Assembly (NCBI GenBank): GCA_029568545.1
Contig: JAKQAH010000005.1
Location: 1-45,718 of the forward strand
Direction: 5' to 3'
Length of the DNA stretch: 45,718 bases
Source: Candidatus Omnitrophota bacterium
Lineage (GTDB): Bacteria; Omnitrophota; Gorgyraeia; Zapsychrales; Zapsychraceae
Part shown: in pieces, positions 27,819-36,143 of the stretch
How positions within the stretch are numbered: position 1 is the first letter of the stretch
Layout: each line of letters starts with the position of its first letter
The notes under the pieces: model-generated
Database searches by the model: none
Told to the model about the DNA's origin: nothing
Seen by the model: only the letters and a program-made list of their open reading frames with translations
Position numbers and translations under genes: made by a program

Positions 27819-28373
27819 TCATTTGCTTTGAGGATTGTCCGAAAGATATTTTGCCAGCGCGCTGAGCGTCCGATACCCAACCTTCCCGTCCACCTTAAGC
27901 CCTTTGGCCTTTTGGAATGCCATGACGGCATTCTTGGTCTTTGCCCCCACTTTCCCGTCGATGGGTCCCGGATCGAAGCCGGCCTTTTTCAAAAGCGCCT
28001 GCACTCTTTCATTGTTCAGTTTTTGATCGACAATCAGCCCGTTATCCTTAAAAACGCAGAGCTTTTCCCATGTTGCGTTATCGGCAAAACGGGAGGGGTC
28101 CAAACCATTATCCTTTTGAAACCGCTCGATCGCATTGCGCGTTCTCAATCCCAGAATGCCGTCGATCACCCCCACATCGTACCCATAAAGATTGAGAAGC
28201 GTCTGAACTTCTTCTACTTTCGGGTTGTTCTCAAAAGGCGTGACTTCTCCGACCAGGACCTTTTCCTCAGCGCCCTGTTCGTCCAGAAGCCTATAGATCG
28301 CGTCGCACCCGCCAAGCCCTAAGCAGCTGAGAATCCCCAGAAAAAAGAAAATTTTATAACGATATCCCTGCAT
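27819..28373 (-). CDS. lipoprotein with two peptidoglycan-binding (PG_binding_1) repeats
   Basis: Lipobox LGLGGC after a signal helix. Two repeats of the L..LGYD.G..DG..G..T..A...FQ type are present. Confidence 0.8.
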   Translation of the reverse strand: MQGYRYKIFFFLGILSCLGLGGCDAIYRLLDEQGAEEKVLVGEVTPFENNPKVEEVQTLLNLYGYDVGVIDGILGLRTRNAIERFQKDNGLDPSRFADNATWEKLCVFKDNGLIVDQKLNNERVQALLKKAGFDPGPIDGKVGAKTKNAVMAFQKAKGLKVDGKVGYRTLSALAKYLSDNPQSK

Positions 28374-28502
28374 GAGCGATGATCCCGAGCCTGTCGCCTT
28401 TTTCCCCGGCCCTGATGAATATTAAAAAGCTATTGTCACTTTGTTGGCCATGTGTTATTTTGGAAATGTTTTATACGCGCCTTTTTCTCGGGAGAACCAA
28501 AT

Positions 28503-28880
28503 ATGCAGAAAAAAAACTCGCTTGTTGTCGTCGCGCTTCTTGTTCTTTTGCTCCTCTTGGTCGCGGGGAAATCCTATCTCCGCCAAAGGGACGCGATGAA
28601 AATCGTCCGAACCGTATTAACTTACTGGCAAAACAACGATCCCATTCCTGCCATGTCGTATTGGGAAAAAGAACTGGATTCCCCGCCCATTTATAATCTT
28701 TCGGCTTACGAAATCGGGGAAAAACATTTCGACAAAAACGAAGGACGTTACCGCGCCCATATTGATGTCACGCTTTATTTCCCGGACGACCATCATTTCC
28801 CATCGGGGAAAGAATGGCGTTTTGAATTGATCAAAACACGCTACGGGTGGAAAATCATTGGCTTGCAGCTTCAGGAATAA
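28503..28880 (+). CDS. hypothetical membrane-anchored protein
   Basis: ATG at 28503 with GGGAGAA upstream. It has an N-terminal TM/signal helix LVVVALLVLLLLLVAG and a soluble part of about 100 aa with no motif I recognise. Confidence 0.6.
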   Translation: MQKKNSLVVVALLVLLLLLVAGKSYLRQRDAMKIVRTVLTYWQNNDPIPAMSYWEKELDSPPIYNLSAYEIGEKHFDKNEGRYRAHIDVTLYFPDDHHFPSGKEWRFELIKTRYGWKIIGLQLQE

Positions 28881-28894
28881 GTCCGCTTTTAAAA

Positions 28895-30037
28895 TCAGAT
28901 CTCAAATTTACGCGTAAAAATATCGCGGCTGACCTCCGGCGCCGGCCGGGCCAACAAATACCCCTGAACAGCATCCACCCCCAGCTCATTGACCGCCTCC
29001 AGCTCTTTCTCCTCTTCGATCCCCTCCGCAACCGTCAGAACCTTGCTTTTCTTGCAAAACGATATGATCGCCTGCATAATATTGTATTTCAGATCGTCCT
29101 TGTGAAGCTCGCGCACTAATTGCCGGTCAATTTTCACGATGTCCGGACGTATCTCGACGACCGTATCCAGACTCGCGAACCCGCTGCCCACATCATCGAC
29201 GGCAATCTTGATACCGATATTGCGGAGCATATCCAGCTCTTTTAAGAAAACATTATATTTTTGGATGGCCGTGCGTTCCGTAATCTCCAGAACAATGCTT
29301 CCGGGGTCTATCTCAAGCCCGGCGATAAACCCTTCGTTGAGCCTCCCGCTTTCAATGAAATAGGGCGTGCAGTTCAAAAAAAGCTTTTCTTGATTGATCG
29401 TAGCTTTCCATCGGGCAACAGCCGTTTTCCAGCAAACCCTTTCGACTTCGGAATACATATCCAGAATAAGCGCCGTTTTAAACAAAAACTCGGCATTGTC
29501 GATCAATCCGCTGGTCGGCGGCCGACTGAGCGCCTCAAGCCCGATCGGCAAGCCGGTTTTCATCGAATAAATCGGCTGAAAATACGGCGTGATCATTTCT
29601 TCGCTGAGGATTTTTTTTAGTTCCGTGGCGAGGGCCCCCTGTTCCTTCTGAACCTGCTGGAACACCTGGTTTCTTCTCAAGACAGCTTCGATGCGCGCGA
29701 CGAGCTCCTCGCTGTCGATGGGCTTGGAGACGCAGTCATCCGCCCCGCAAGAAAACCCTTTGATCCTTTCGGAGGACACGTTTTGAGGCGTGAAAATAAT
29801 GATGGAGATGTGGTTTAACCGTTTTTCTCCCCGTATTTCTTGGCATACCTGCATTCCTGTGATGTCGGGGAGCTCTTGGTCGAGCAAAATCAGGTCGGGA
29901 TACTGATTGACTTTTTCCAGCGCTTCTTTGCCGCTATGAGCCACATCGATTCGATAGCCGCGGGATTGGAGCTGTTTTGTTGTCGATTGGACAAAGGCTC
30001 CATCCCTGTCAACCATCAATATGTGTTTTTGGGCCAT
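28895..30037 (-). CDS. response-regulator receiver + EAL domain c-di-GMP phosphodiesterase
   Basis: REC N-terminus (ILMVDRD...DLILLD). EAL-domain motifs are YFQPIY, LEALSR, DDVGSGFASL, VKIDRQLV and QGYLLARP. Confidence 0.88.
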   Translation of the reverse strand: MAQKHILMVDRDGAFVQSTTKQLQSRGYRIDVAHSGKEALEKVNQYPDLILLDQELPDITGMQVCQEIRGEKRLNHISIIIFTPQNVSSERIKGFSCGADDCVSKPIDSEELVARIEAVLRRNQVFQQVQKEQGALATELKKILSEEMITPYFQPIYSMKTGLPIGLEALSRPPTSGLIDNAEFLFKTALILDMYSEVERVCWKTAVARWKATINQEKLFLNCTPYFIESGRLNEGFIAGLEIDPGSIVLEITERTAIQKYNVFLKELDMLRNIGIKIAVDDVGSGFASLDTVVEIRPDIVKIDRQLVRELHKDDLKYNIMQAIISFCKKSKVLTVAEGIEEEKELEAVNELGVDAVQGYLLARPAPEVSRDIFTRKFEI

Positions 30038-30047
30038 AGAAGTATAT

Positions 30048-30069
30048 CTAATATTCCTATGAATATTAG
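30048..30069. repeat. perfect 9-bp palindrome CTAATATTC-n4-GAATATTAG next to the REC-EAL start
   Basis: Read directly. It ends 10 nt upstream of the ATG at 30037, and this start has no obvious SD. Confidence 0.6.
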
Positions 30070-30222
30070 TTGTCTCTTTTATGATACCGTGTTTTAAAGC
30101 CGCGTCTAGAAAAAATTAGAGAAAATTGCTAGAAAGAGATCTGTTTTGAGAAGCTATCTCTATGAAATGGTTGAGGATTTACCCTTGATGCCGCTTTCAT
30201 CTTTTAGACGAAAATCAAAAAT

Positions 30223-30250
30223 AAAGAAACCCCCTTAAGGGGGTTTCTTT
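30223..30250. terminator. bidirectional intrinsic terminator downstream of tRNA-Gln
   Basis: Perfect 12-bp stem AAAGAAACCCCC[UUAA]GGGGGUUUCUUU flanked by A/U runs on both sides. Confidence 0.85.
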
Positions 30251-30257
30251 ATTTATA

Positions 30258-30329
30258 CTGCCCCGTCTGGACTCGAACCAGAAATAACTGATCCAGAGTC
30301 AGTCGTGTTACCAATTACACCACAGGGCA
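30258..30329 (-). tRNA. tRNA-Gln (anticodon CUG)
   Basis: Hand-folded cloverleaf. Acceptor UGCCCUG/CGGGGCA with U1-A72, D stem GUGU/ACAC, anticodon stem ACUGA/UCAGU with loop CUCUGGA, and T arm UCUGG-UUCGAGU-CCAGA. CCA is not encoded. Confidence 0.9.
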
Positions 30330-30349
30330 AACCTACAATAGTTTTTATT

Positions 30350-30409
30350 CAGATACGGCTTGCCCAGTCCTCCCTCGGATCTCTTTCGGAGGACAGGAAG
30401 CCGTCTCTG
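30350..30409 (-). other. 60-nt extended hairpin in the tRNA-Gln 5' leader
   Basis: CAGAGACGGCUU-CCU-GUCCUCC[14 nt]GGAGGAC-UGGGC-AAGCCGUAUCUG, more than 20 bp. No U-tract follows it on either strand. Confidence 0.5.
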
Positions 30410-30454
30410 AAAACAAAGTGTCTCATCCTACCACAAACTTCCCGTTAAAACAAC

Positions 30455-30493
30455 TTTGCCCTGTTTGATCCGCGCAAGATCTAACAGGGCAAA
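30455..30493 (-). terminator. hairpin terminator after the small lipoprotein gene
   Basis: UUUGCCCUGUU-A-GAUC[UUGCGCG]GAUC-A-AACAGGGCAAA followed by GUUGUUUU. Confidence 0.55.
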
Positions 30494-30542
30494 ATGCCAC
30501 ACAATAAACCCGCCTGAATATTTCCGGGAAACACGCCGGGAC

Positions 30543-30692
30543 TCACCACATATTCTCTCGGATCCAGTCATCCGTCTTTTGAAGAGCTTTCCAGTCTTCT
30601 TTGAATCCCTCGCGGGCGCCTTTCAGCGTGCCGCATCCCTGCGCAAAAATAATTAAACCGAACATCAAGATCACCCACATTTTCGGCCGCAT
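30543..30692 (-). CDS. 49-aa entericidin-like small lipoprotein
   Basis: Below the ORF-track cutoff. MRPKMWVILMFGLIIFAQGCGTLKGAREGFKEDWKALQKTDDWIRENMW has lipobox FAQGC and GGGGGGAG 4 nt upstream of the ATG. Confidence 0.55.
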   Translation of the reverse strand: MRPKMWVILMFGLIIFAQGCGTLKGAREGFKEDWKALQKTDDWIRENMW

Positions 30693-30727
30693 ATTCTCCC
30701 CCCTTGACGCGCTATCGTAATCTCTGA

Positions 30728-32059
30728 CTACGCAAAAGCCTTCTTTAAACGTTCAACTGTTTTTTCTTTTCCCAAAAGAGCGATCGTCTCAAATAAGCTC
30801 GGCCCAACCGCGCGTCCCGTGAGAGCCACCCGTACCGGATGGACCAGATCAGAGGCCTCAAGCTTTAATTCCGCGACAACATCCCGGAACGCTTTCTCCG
30901 TCGAAGAAACATCAAACGGCTCGGTCCGCCCGAACCTCTCCGCCAGAACAGAGAATTCTTTCGTCCGTTTTACGGAAAGATGCTTGGCAACCGCCTCCGC
31001 GTCTCTTTTAAAGTCATCGATAAACGCAAAATCAGCCCGGTCCAGAAAATCAAGGAACGTATCCATCCGCCCTTTAAATAAGTCTACACTATTTTTTATG
31101 GCTTGCCTATCGAAATTCTCTTGAATATATTTTTTTTCTTTCAAAAAAGGGACCATCAGATCGACAAGGCGGTTGGTATCCGCCTGGCGGATATACTGGT
31201 TGTTCAGCCATTTAAGCTTGTCCATGGAAAAAGCCGCGGCAGCCTTGTTGATCTTCTTGATAGAGAACTTTTTAATCGCCGAAGCCATCGAAATCATTTC
31301 CTGGTCTCCGCCGGGAGACCACCCCAAGAGCATGAGATAGTTCATAATGGCCTCCGGCAGGAACCCTTGCTTGCGATAATCACTGACGGCAACAGCTCCG
31401 GTCCTTTTGGAAAGCCGCCCTCCTTCTTCGTCCATGATCAAGGGAAGATGCGCAAATTTGGGCGGCTTGATCCCCAAGGCTTGGTATATCAGAATTTGTT
31501 TTGGCGTATTGGAAATATGATCTTCTCCGCGGATGACACATGTGATCTCCATGAGAAAATCATCGATCACGCAGCAGAAGTTATAGGCGGGCGATCCATC
31601 AGCCTTGATCAACACTTCGTCTTTCAACAGAAGGGTTCCGTCTTTACCCGAAAGATTTTCCCCTTTTTCATCGCGCACGACAAAATTGGACGTATCAAAA
31701 ACAATCTCTCCCCGGATAAGATCGTACAATTTTATCTCTTGAGCGATCGTTTTTAAGAGAACGGCCCCGTTTTCCTGATACGCCTTTCCCTCATCGAGGA
31801 GTTTTTTTGCGTATTCCCGGTACAAGGAGAACCGCTGGCTTTGGTAATAGAGCTCATCCCATTCCATCCCCAGCCATTTCATGCTGTCGAGAATCTCTAG
31901 CTCAAATTCCTTTTTGGATCGTTGCTGGTCGGTATCTTCGATGCGCAGGACGAACGAGGCGCCGACGGATTTTGCGTACATCCAGTTAAACAAAGCGGTG
32001 CGGGCGCCCCCGATGTGCAGATATCCCGTGGGGCTTGGCGCAAATCTAACTTTGGCCAT
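30728..32059 (-). CDS. gltX: glutamyl-tRNA synthetase
   Basis: VRFAPSPTGYLHIGGARTALFN (HIGH motif) and RLSKRTG (KMSKS-type motif). Confidence 0.95.
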   Translation of the reverse strand: MAKVRFAPSPTGYLHIGGARTALFNWMYAKSVGASFVLRIEDTDQQRSKKEFELEILDSMKWLGMEWDELYYQSQRFSLYREYAKKLLDEGKAYQENGAVLLKTIAQEIKLYDLIRGEIVFDTSNFVVRDEKGENLSGKDGTLLLKDEVLIKADGSPAYNFCCVIDDFLMEITCVIRGEDHISNTPKQILIYQALGIKPPKFAHLPLIMDEEGGRLSKRTGAVAVSDYRKQGFLPEAIMNYLMLLGWSPGGDQEMISMASAIKKFSIKKINKAAAAFSMDKLKWLNNQYIRQADTNRLVDLMVPFLKEKKYIQENFDRQAIKNSVDLFKGRMDTFLDFLDRADFAFIDDFKRDAEAVAKHLSVKRTKEFSVLAERFGRTEPFDVSSTEKAFRDVVAELKLEASDLVHPVRVALTGRAVGPSLFETIALLGKEKTVERLKKAFA

Positions 32060-32139
32060 GGTTCCTTTCCGAAAGCGCTAATAGATATGAAATCTGAACC
32101 AACTTTTTCGAAGGGAAGGTGAATGGATCGGCAAGCGGG

Positions 32140-32523
32140 TTACACGGCATTTCTTACGAGGCGGTCAACAATTCTCTTCAGGCGCGCTTGATTATCCGGA
32201 GAAATATTCATAAATTCGATTCCGATATCAAAGAAGAGCGGTTTTTCGGCGGCTTCGCGCTGGCGCTGGACGTTCCAAACAACCTTTCCCCTGCAACATA
32301 TATGATCGCCCAAATCCAAAAGGTCCAGCTCCAGATCAACCTCGCTAAACATTTTGACGCTCTGTTTTAGAACAACGCAAACTCCGCCGATCCCGATGTT
32401 GTCCGTATGGGTCAGAATAACATTATCTTTCTCGTCGCCATCATCGCTTCTGTTGATGATCACCAGACACGGGTAATTGACCCGCGGGAATTGTCTTCGG
32501 TCCAACCCTTCCCATTGCCCCAT
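32140..32523 (-). CDS. single-domain PilZ c-di-GMP receptor
   Basis: RRQFPR (RxxxR) and DNIGIGG (D/NxSxxG-like) motifs in a 127-aa protein. GAGGAGG lies upstream. Confidence 0.75.
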   Translation of the reverse strand: MGQWEGLDRRQFPRVNYPCLVIINRSDDGDEKDNVILTHTDNIGIGGVCVVLKQSVKMFSEVDLELDLLDLGDHICCRGKVVWNVQRQREAAEKPLFFDIGIEFMNISPDNQARLKRIVDRLVRNAV

Positions 32524-32590
32524 GACTGCCTCCTCTGATCTTCCGCTCTGCCCTCTAAATCCAGCCGCGTTTCTTTGCTGTTTGGATTAT

Positions 32591-32619
32591 AGTATAACAA
32601 AAAATCTCCGACAAGCCAA
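32591..32619 (-). promoter_or_regulatory. sigma70-type promoter candidate for the PilZ gene (TTGGCT-17-TATACT)
   Basis: Read on the minus strand in the ymdB-PilZ spacer. Confidence 0.45.
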
Positions 32620-32627
32620 ATATGGTT

Positions 32628-33446
32628 TTAATTTTCTTCCTTTTCCGCCTCGCTTTTTTCGACCCAAAAAGGCCTTTGCAGGCGCTGGATCCGGCTCGCG
32701 TTCCCCGTTGTCTTATCGACGGCGACGACCATCCCGTGTAATCTAACATCGTCATGAGCGACTTGGAATTTGTGCGGCAGACTGGTCAAGAATCTGCGGA
32801 TAATATGTTCTTTGTTTTGCCCGATCACGGAATCGTAAGGGCCCGTCATCCCAAGATCGGTAATATACGCGGTCCCTTTAGGCAAGATCTTTTCATCGGC
32901 TGTTTGAATATGCGTATGGGTCCCGAATACCGCCGAGACCCGTCCATCCACATAATGGCCTACGGCCACTTTTTCGCTTGTCGCTTCCGCGTGCATATCG
33001 ACAATAATATTCGGCGTTTCCTTGCGAATCTCGTTTATGATCGCATCGGCCGCGCGAAAAGGGCATTCCAGATGATATCTCATGAAAACGCGCCCCATCA
33101 GATTCACAACGCCCACTTTGGCTCCTGATGCCGTTTTTTTAATACACCATCCTCTGCCCGGAGCTCCCGTTGGAAAGTTGGCCGGCCGTATTAAATATTC
33201 TTCCTCGTTCAGATATTCCTCGATCTCTTTCTGGTCCCAAACATGATCCCCCATCGTCAGGACATCGCAGCCTATCTCAAATAGCCGCTTGGCAATCTTG
33301 ACCGTGATGCCCGACCCGCCGGCAGCGTTCTCAGCATTGACAATAGTCAGGTCGATGTTGAACTCTTTTTTTAGATCGCCCAAAAGCCCTTCCACGGCTA
33401 ACCGTCCGGGTTTTCCAACGACATCTCCAATGCAAAGAATGTTCAT
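32628..33446 (-). CDS. ymdB: YmdB-family metallophosphoesterase (2',3'-cyclic-nucleotide phosphodiesterase)
   Basis: MNILCIGDVVGKPGR start and the GDH...GTHTH metallophosphatase pattern. It shows the conserved rny-ymdB linkage. Confidence 0.88.
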   Translation of the reverse strand: MNILCIGDVVGKPGRLAVEGLLGDLKKEFNIDLTIVNAENAAGGSGITVKIAKRLFEIGCDVLTMGDHVWDQKEIEEYLNEEEYLIRPANFPTGAPGRGWCIKKTASGAKVGVVNLMGRVFMRYHLECPFRAADAIINEIRKETPNIIVDMHAEATSEKVAVGHYVDGRVSAVFGTHTHIQTADEKILPKGTAYITDLGMTGPYDSVIGQNKEHIIRRFLTSLPHKFQVAHDDVRLHGMVVAVDKTTGNASRIQRLQRPFWVEKSEAEKEEN

Positions 33447-33506
33447 GATCTCCTTATTTTGTTCCTAATCGGCTGTTTGCTTCCCGTCACGACTTGTAGA
33501 AAATGA

Positions 33507-35084
33507 TCATTTGGCAAATTCAATGGCTCTTTTTTCGCGAAGGACAATCACCTTGATTTGCCCCGGATACTCCATGCCCTCTTCGATCTTTTTCCGGATA
33601 TCTCTCGCCATGACGATGGCTTCGTCGTCATTGATCTTATCCGGATCCACAATGATGCGGATTTCCCGTCCCGCCTGCAAGGCGTAGGTCTTGCTAACGC
33701 CCTTGAATGAATTGGCGATCTTCTCAAGACTTTCGAGCCTTTTGACATAGGTTTCGAGCGTCTCGGCACGGGCGCCAGGCCGTGCAGCACTGATCGCATC
33801 CGCCGCGCAAACCAGCGCGCCATAAATAGACGTCATTTCAACTTCTTCATGGTGGGATTCAACAGCATTAGCCACGTCCTCCGCCTCACCGTATTTGCGG
33901 CACAGATTCCCGCCCACAACAGCATGCGTTCCCTCTTCAACATCCTGGCTGACCACTTTGCCGATATCGTGCAGAAGTCCTGCGCGCATCGCAATTTTCG
34001 GATCGAGCCCAAGCTGCGAAGCCATGGATCCAATCAGCATCGCCACTTCTTTGGTGTGCTGAAGGCCGTTTTGCCCGTAGCTCGTCCGGAATTTCAGGCG
34101 GCCCACTAATTTTAAAAGCTCGATATGCATTCCGTGGATACCTAGGTCAAAAGCCGCTTTTTCGCCTTCTTCCTTGATGATCGTTTCCATTTCTTTCTTG
34201 GCGCGCTCGACAATTTCCTCAATGCGCCCGGGATGGATGCGCCCGTCGGCAATAAGATTCTCCAAGGCGATTTTGGCCGTTTCACGACGGAACATGTCAA
34301 AACCGGAAATCGTGACCGCCTCCGGAGTGTCATCGATAATAATGTCCACACCCGCCGCTGCTTCAAGGGCGCGAATATTCCGCCCCTCGCGGCCAATAAT
34401 GCGGCCTTTCATTTCATCGCTAGGCAACATGACGACCGTAACGGTCGAGGCTGCCGTATGCTCGGAAGCGCATCTTTGGATGGCGGTCCCAATAATGTTA
34501 CGGGCTTTTTTGTCAACATTGTCCCTGATCTCCTCTTCCATCTGCCGGATTCGGGAAGCCTTTTCCTGCAGCAAATCTTCGTCAACGCGGGAAAGAAGAA
34601 GCTTTTTCGCTTCCTCTTCGTTCATAGACGATATTTTTTGGAGGCGCTGCTTCTCCTCGGCAATCATTCTTTCGAGCTCTTCATTCTTTCCTTTGATATT
34701 CGCTTCGTTTTTCTGAAGCCCCTCAAGTCTTCCGTTAATATCTTTTTCTTTTCGCTCCAGCAGATCCAGGCGCTTGTCTAAATTTTCTTCCCTTTGCTGT
34801 AGCCGCTTTTCGTTGTTAACGATCTCTTCCCGGCGCTCTTTGCTTTCCTTCTCGAAGTCCTGGCGTAATTTAATCATCAGGTCTTTGGCCTGCAATTCGG
34901 CTTCTTTTTTCCTGTTTTCTACATCCTTTTGAGCCGAATCCCTTAAGGCTTTTGCTTTCATTTCTGCGTCTTTAATTCTTTTCCCGGCAAAAAACCACCT
35001 TAAGAGATACCCGGCAAAGAAGACAGCAACAAAAATCAGCCAGCTCAAGACGCTCTGAAGGTATATATGTTTTTCATCTATCAT
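33507..35084 (-). CDS. rny: ribonuclease Y
   Basis: N-terminal TM helix, long coiled coil, KH domain and HD domain (LLHDIGK). Confidence 0.95.
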   Translation of the reverse strand: MIDEKHIYLQSVLSWLIFVAVFFAGYLLRWFFAGKRIKDAEMKAKALRDSAQKDVENRKKEAELQAKDLMIKLRQDFEKESKERREEIVNNEKRLQQREENLDKRLDLLERKEKDINGRLEGLQKNEANIKGKNEELERMIAEEKQRLQKISSMNEEEAKKLLLSRVDEDLLQEKASRIRQMEEEIRDNVDKKARNIIGTAIQRCASEHTAASTVTVVMLPSDEMKGRIIGREGRNIRALEAAAGVDIIIDDTPEAVTISGFDMFRRETAKIALENLIADGRIHPGRIEEIVERAKKEMETIIKEEGEKAAFDLGIHGMHIELLKLVGRLKFRTSYGQNGLQHTKEVAMLIGSMASQLGLDPKIAMRAGLLHDIGKVVSQDVEEGTHAVVGGNLCRKYGEAEDVANAVESHHEEVEMTSIYGALVCAADAISAARPGARAETLETYVKRLESLEKIANSFKGVSKTYALQAGREIRIIVDPDKINDDEAIVMARDIRKKIEEGMEYPGQIKVIVLREKRAIEFAK

Positions 35085-35204
35085 GGGAATGCTCCTCTCT
35101 CGAAGATCTAGAATAATGGCCCCGGGATTGAGATACAGCAGGGCCCGATTTGATTTGGTTGCTCGACTGAGGAGGAATAATGCTGCGGAAGAAACAATGC
35201 GTTC

Positions 35205-35795
35205 TTAGTTGGAAAGAACGCATGAAACAGAAACATCATGCTTTTCTTGAAAAGGAAAGGAGTCCATGATTTGAAAATCATAAGCCAGGCCAACCGTTAC
35301 GGTGCGCGACGGCAAAGACTTCAGAAACCGGTCATAGTATCCCCCGCCGCGCCCTAAACGATTGTTTTTTCTGTCAAAGGCCACTCCGGGAACAACAACC
35401 ATATCAAGGGCCTCTTCGTCAAGAACCCGCGTCTGCGCCGGTTTCGGCTGTTTAATTCCGTAAGGACCCTCTTCGAGGCCTTCTTCTAAAGATGCCACCG
35501 CCATCGGGACAATTTTCTTTCTGTCCTTCAGAATGCTGGGCAACCCCACTGTTTTTCCTAGCTGATGAGCTTTCTTCATCATATCAAACGTTTCGACTTC
35601 TCCGTCAATTGAAGCATAAAACAGAACTGTTTCTGCCTTCTGGAACTCTTTCATCTTGAAAAGCTTGCCTGCAACAGCCAAGCTTTTGGCCAGCCGCTCT
35701 TCCTCCTTTTGATTCCGTAAAAGAGTTAATATCCTTTCTCTAACCGTTTTTTTTGTGAGATGGCACACCGCGTACGTAATGCTTTCCCAAAACAC
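35205..35795 (-). CDS. ygfA: 5-formyltetrahydrofolate cyclo-ligase
   Basis: VVVPGVAFDRKNNRLGRGGGYYDRFL signature. GTG start at 35795, or GTG at 35768. Confidence 0.88.
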   Translation of the reverse strand: MFWESITYAVCHLTKKTVRERILTLLRNQKEEERLAKSLAVAGKLFKMKEFQKAETVLFYASIDGEVETFDMMKKAHQLGKTVGLPSILKDRKKIVPMAVASLEEGLEEGPYGIKQPKPAQTRVLDEEALDMVVVPGVAFDRKNNRLGRGGGYYDRFLKSLPSRTVTVGLAYDFQIMDSFPFQEKHDVSVSCVLSN

Positions 35796-35949
35796 TGTGG
35801 CTTCTAATATAATCTTAAGGATTTATATTATCATTCTTTTGAGGAATATACAATCGGAAATTTCTTGTGCCTTTTGGGCTTGCGCGCCATTCCCCGTCAA
35901 GAAGGCGCCTCAGCCAAAAGAGCTTCGGAGAGCAGAAAAAAGGAACCAT

Positions 35950-36106
35950 AAAAAATCCCCGCTATGCCGTCGTGCCGGAGAATAAGCGAACCTTTCGCCA
36001 AGTGGGAGCCTCTCCGGAGCATCCGCAGATGTTCCGGAAGTTGAGCATCCCGTAGTGTTCAATTGGTTCTTTATAAATTGGGCACTAACGCGCACCGCAG
36101 GGATTT
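35950..36106 (-). ncRNA. ssrS: 6S RNA candidate
   Basis: The pheT/cyclo-ligase spacer has no credible ORF. The 5' AAAUCCCUGC pairs with the 3' GCGGGGAUUU and GUGCC pairs with GGCAC, forming a closing stem. A long apical hairpin spans 36051..36004, and asymmetric unpaired stretches form a central bubble. It sits in the classic position immediately upstream of, and co-oriented with, the cyclo-ligase gene. Confidence 0.55.
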
Positions 36107-36112
36107 GTTGTT

Positions 36113-36121
36113 ATTATACCA
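36113..36121 (-). promoter_or_regulatory. extended -10 promoter TGGTATAAT for the 6S candidate
   Basis: Perfect TATAAT with an upstream TG. The 5' closing-stem arm begins 7 nt downstream. Confidence 0.5.
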
Positions 36122-36143
36122 CTTTTCGTTCGGCAAGCATCAA

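Noticed and set aside
30223-30500. Integrated element or att site at tRNA-Gln, suggested by the 9-nt repeat of the tRNA 5' end.
   Set aside because: Integrases target tRNA 3' halves. I recognise no integrase or foreign gene nearby, and flanking genes are core (gltX, REC-EAL). The repeat is short and sits inside a terminator stem.
35108-35293. 61-aa minus-strand ORF spanning the cyclo-ligase 3' end and the rny upstream spacer, plus short ORFs inside 35755..36095.
   Set aside because: They overlap a well-supported CDS or the structured 6S-like RNA. They have no SD and their composition is not protein-like.
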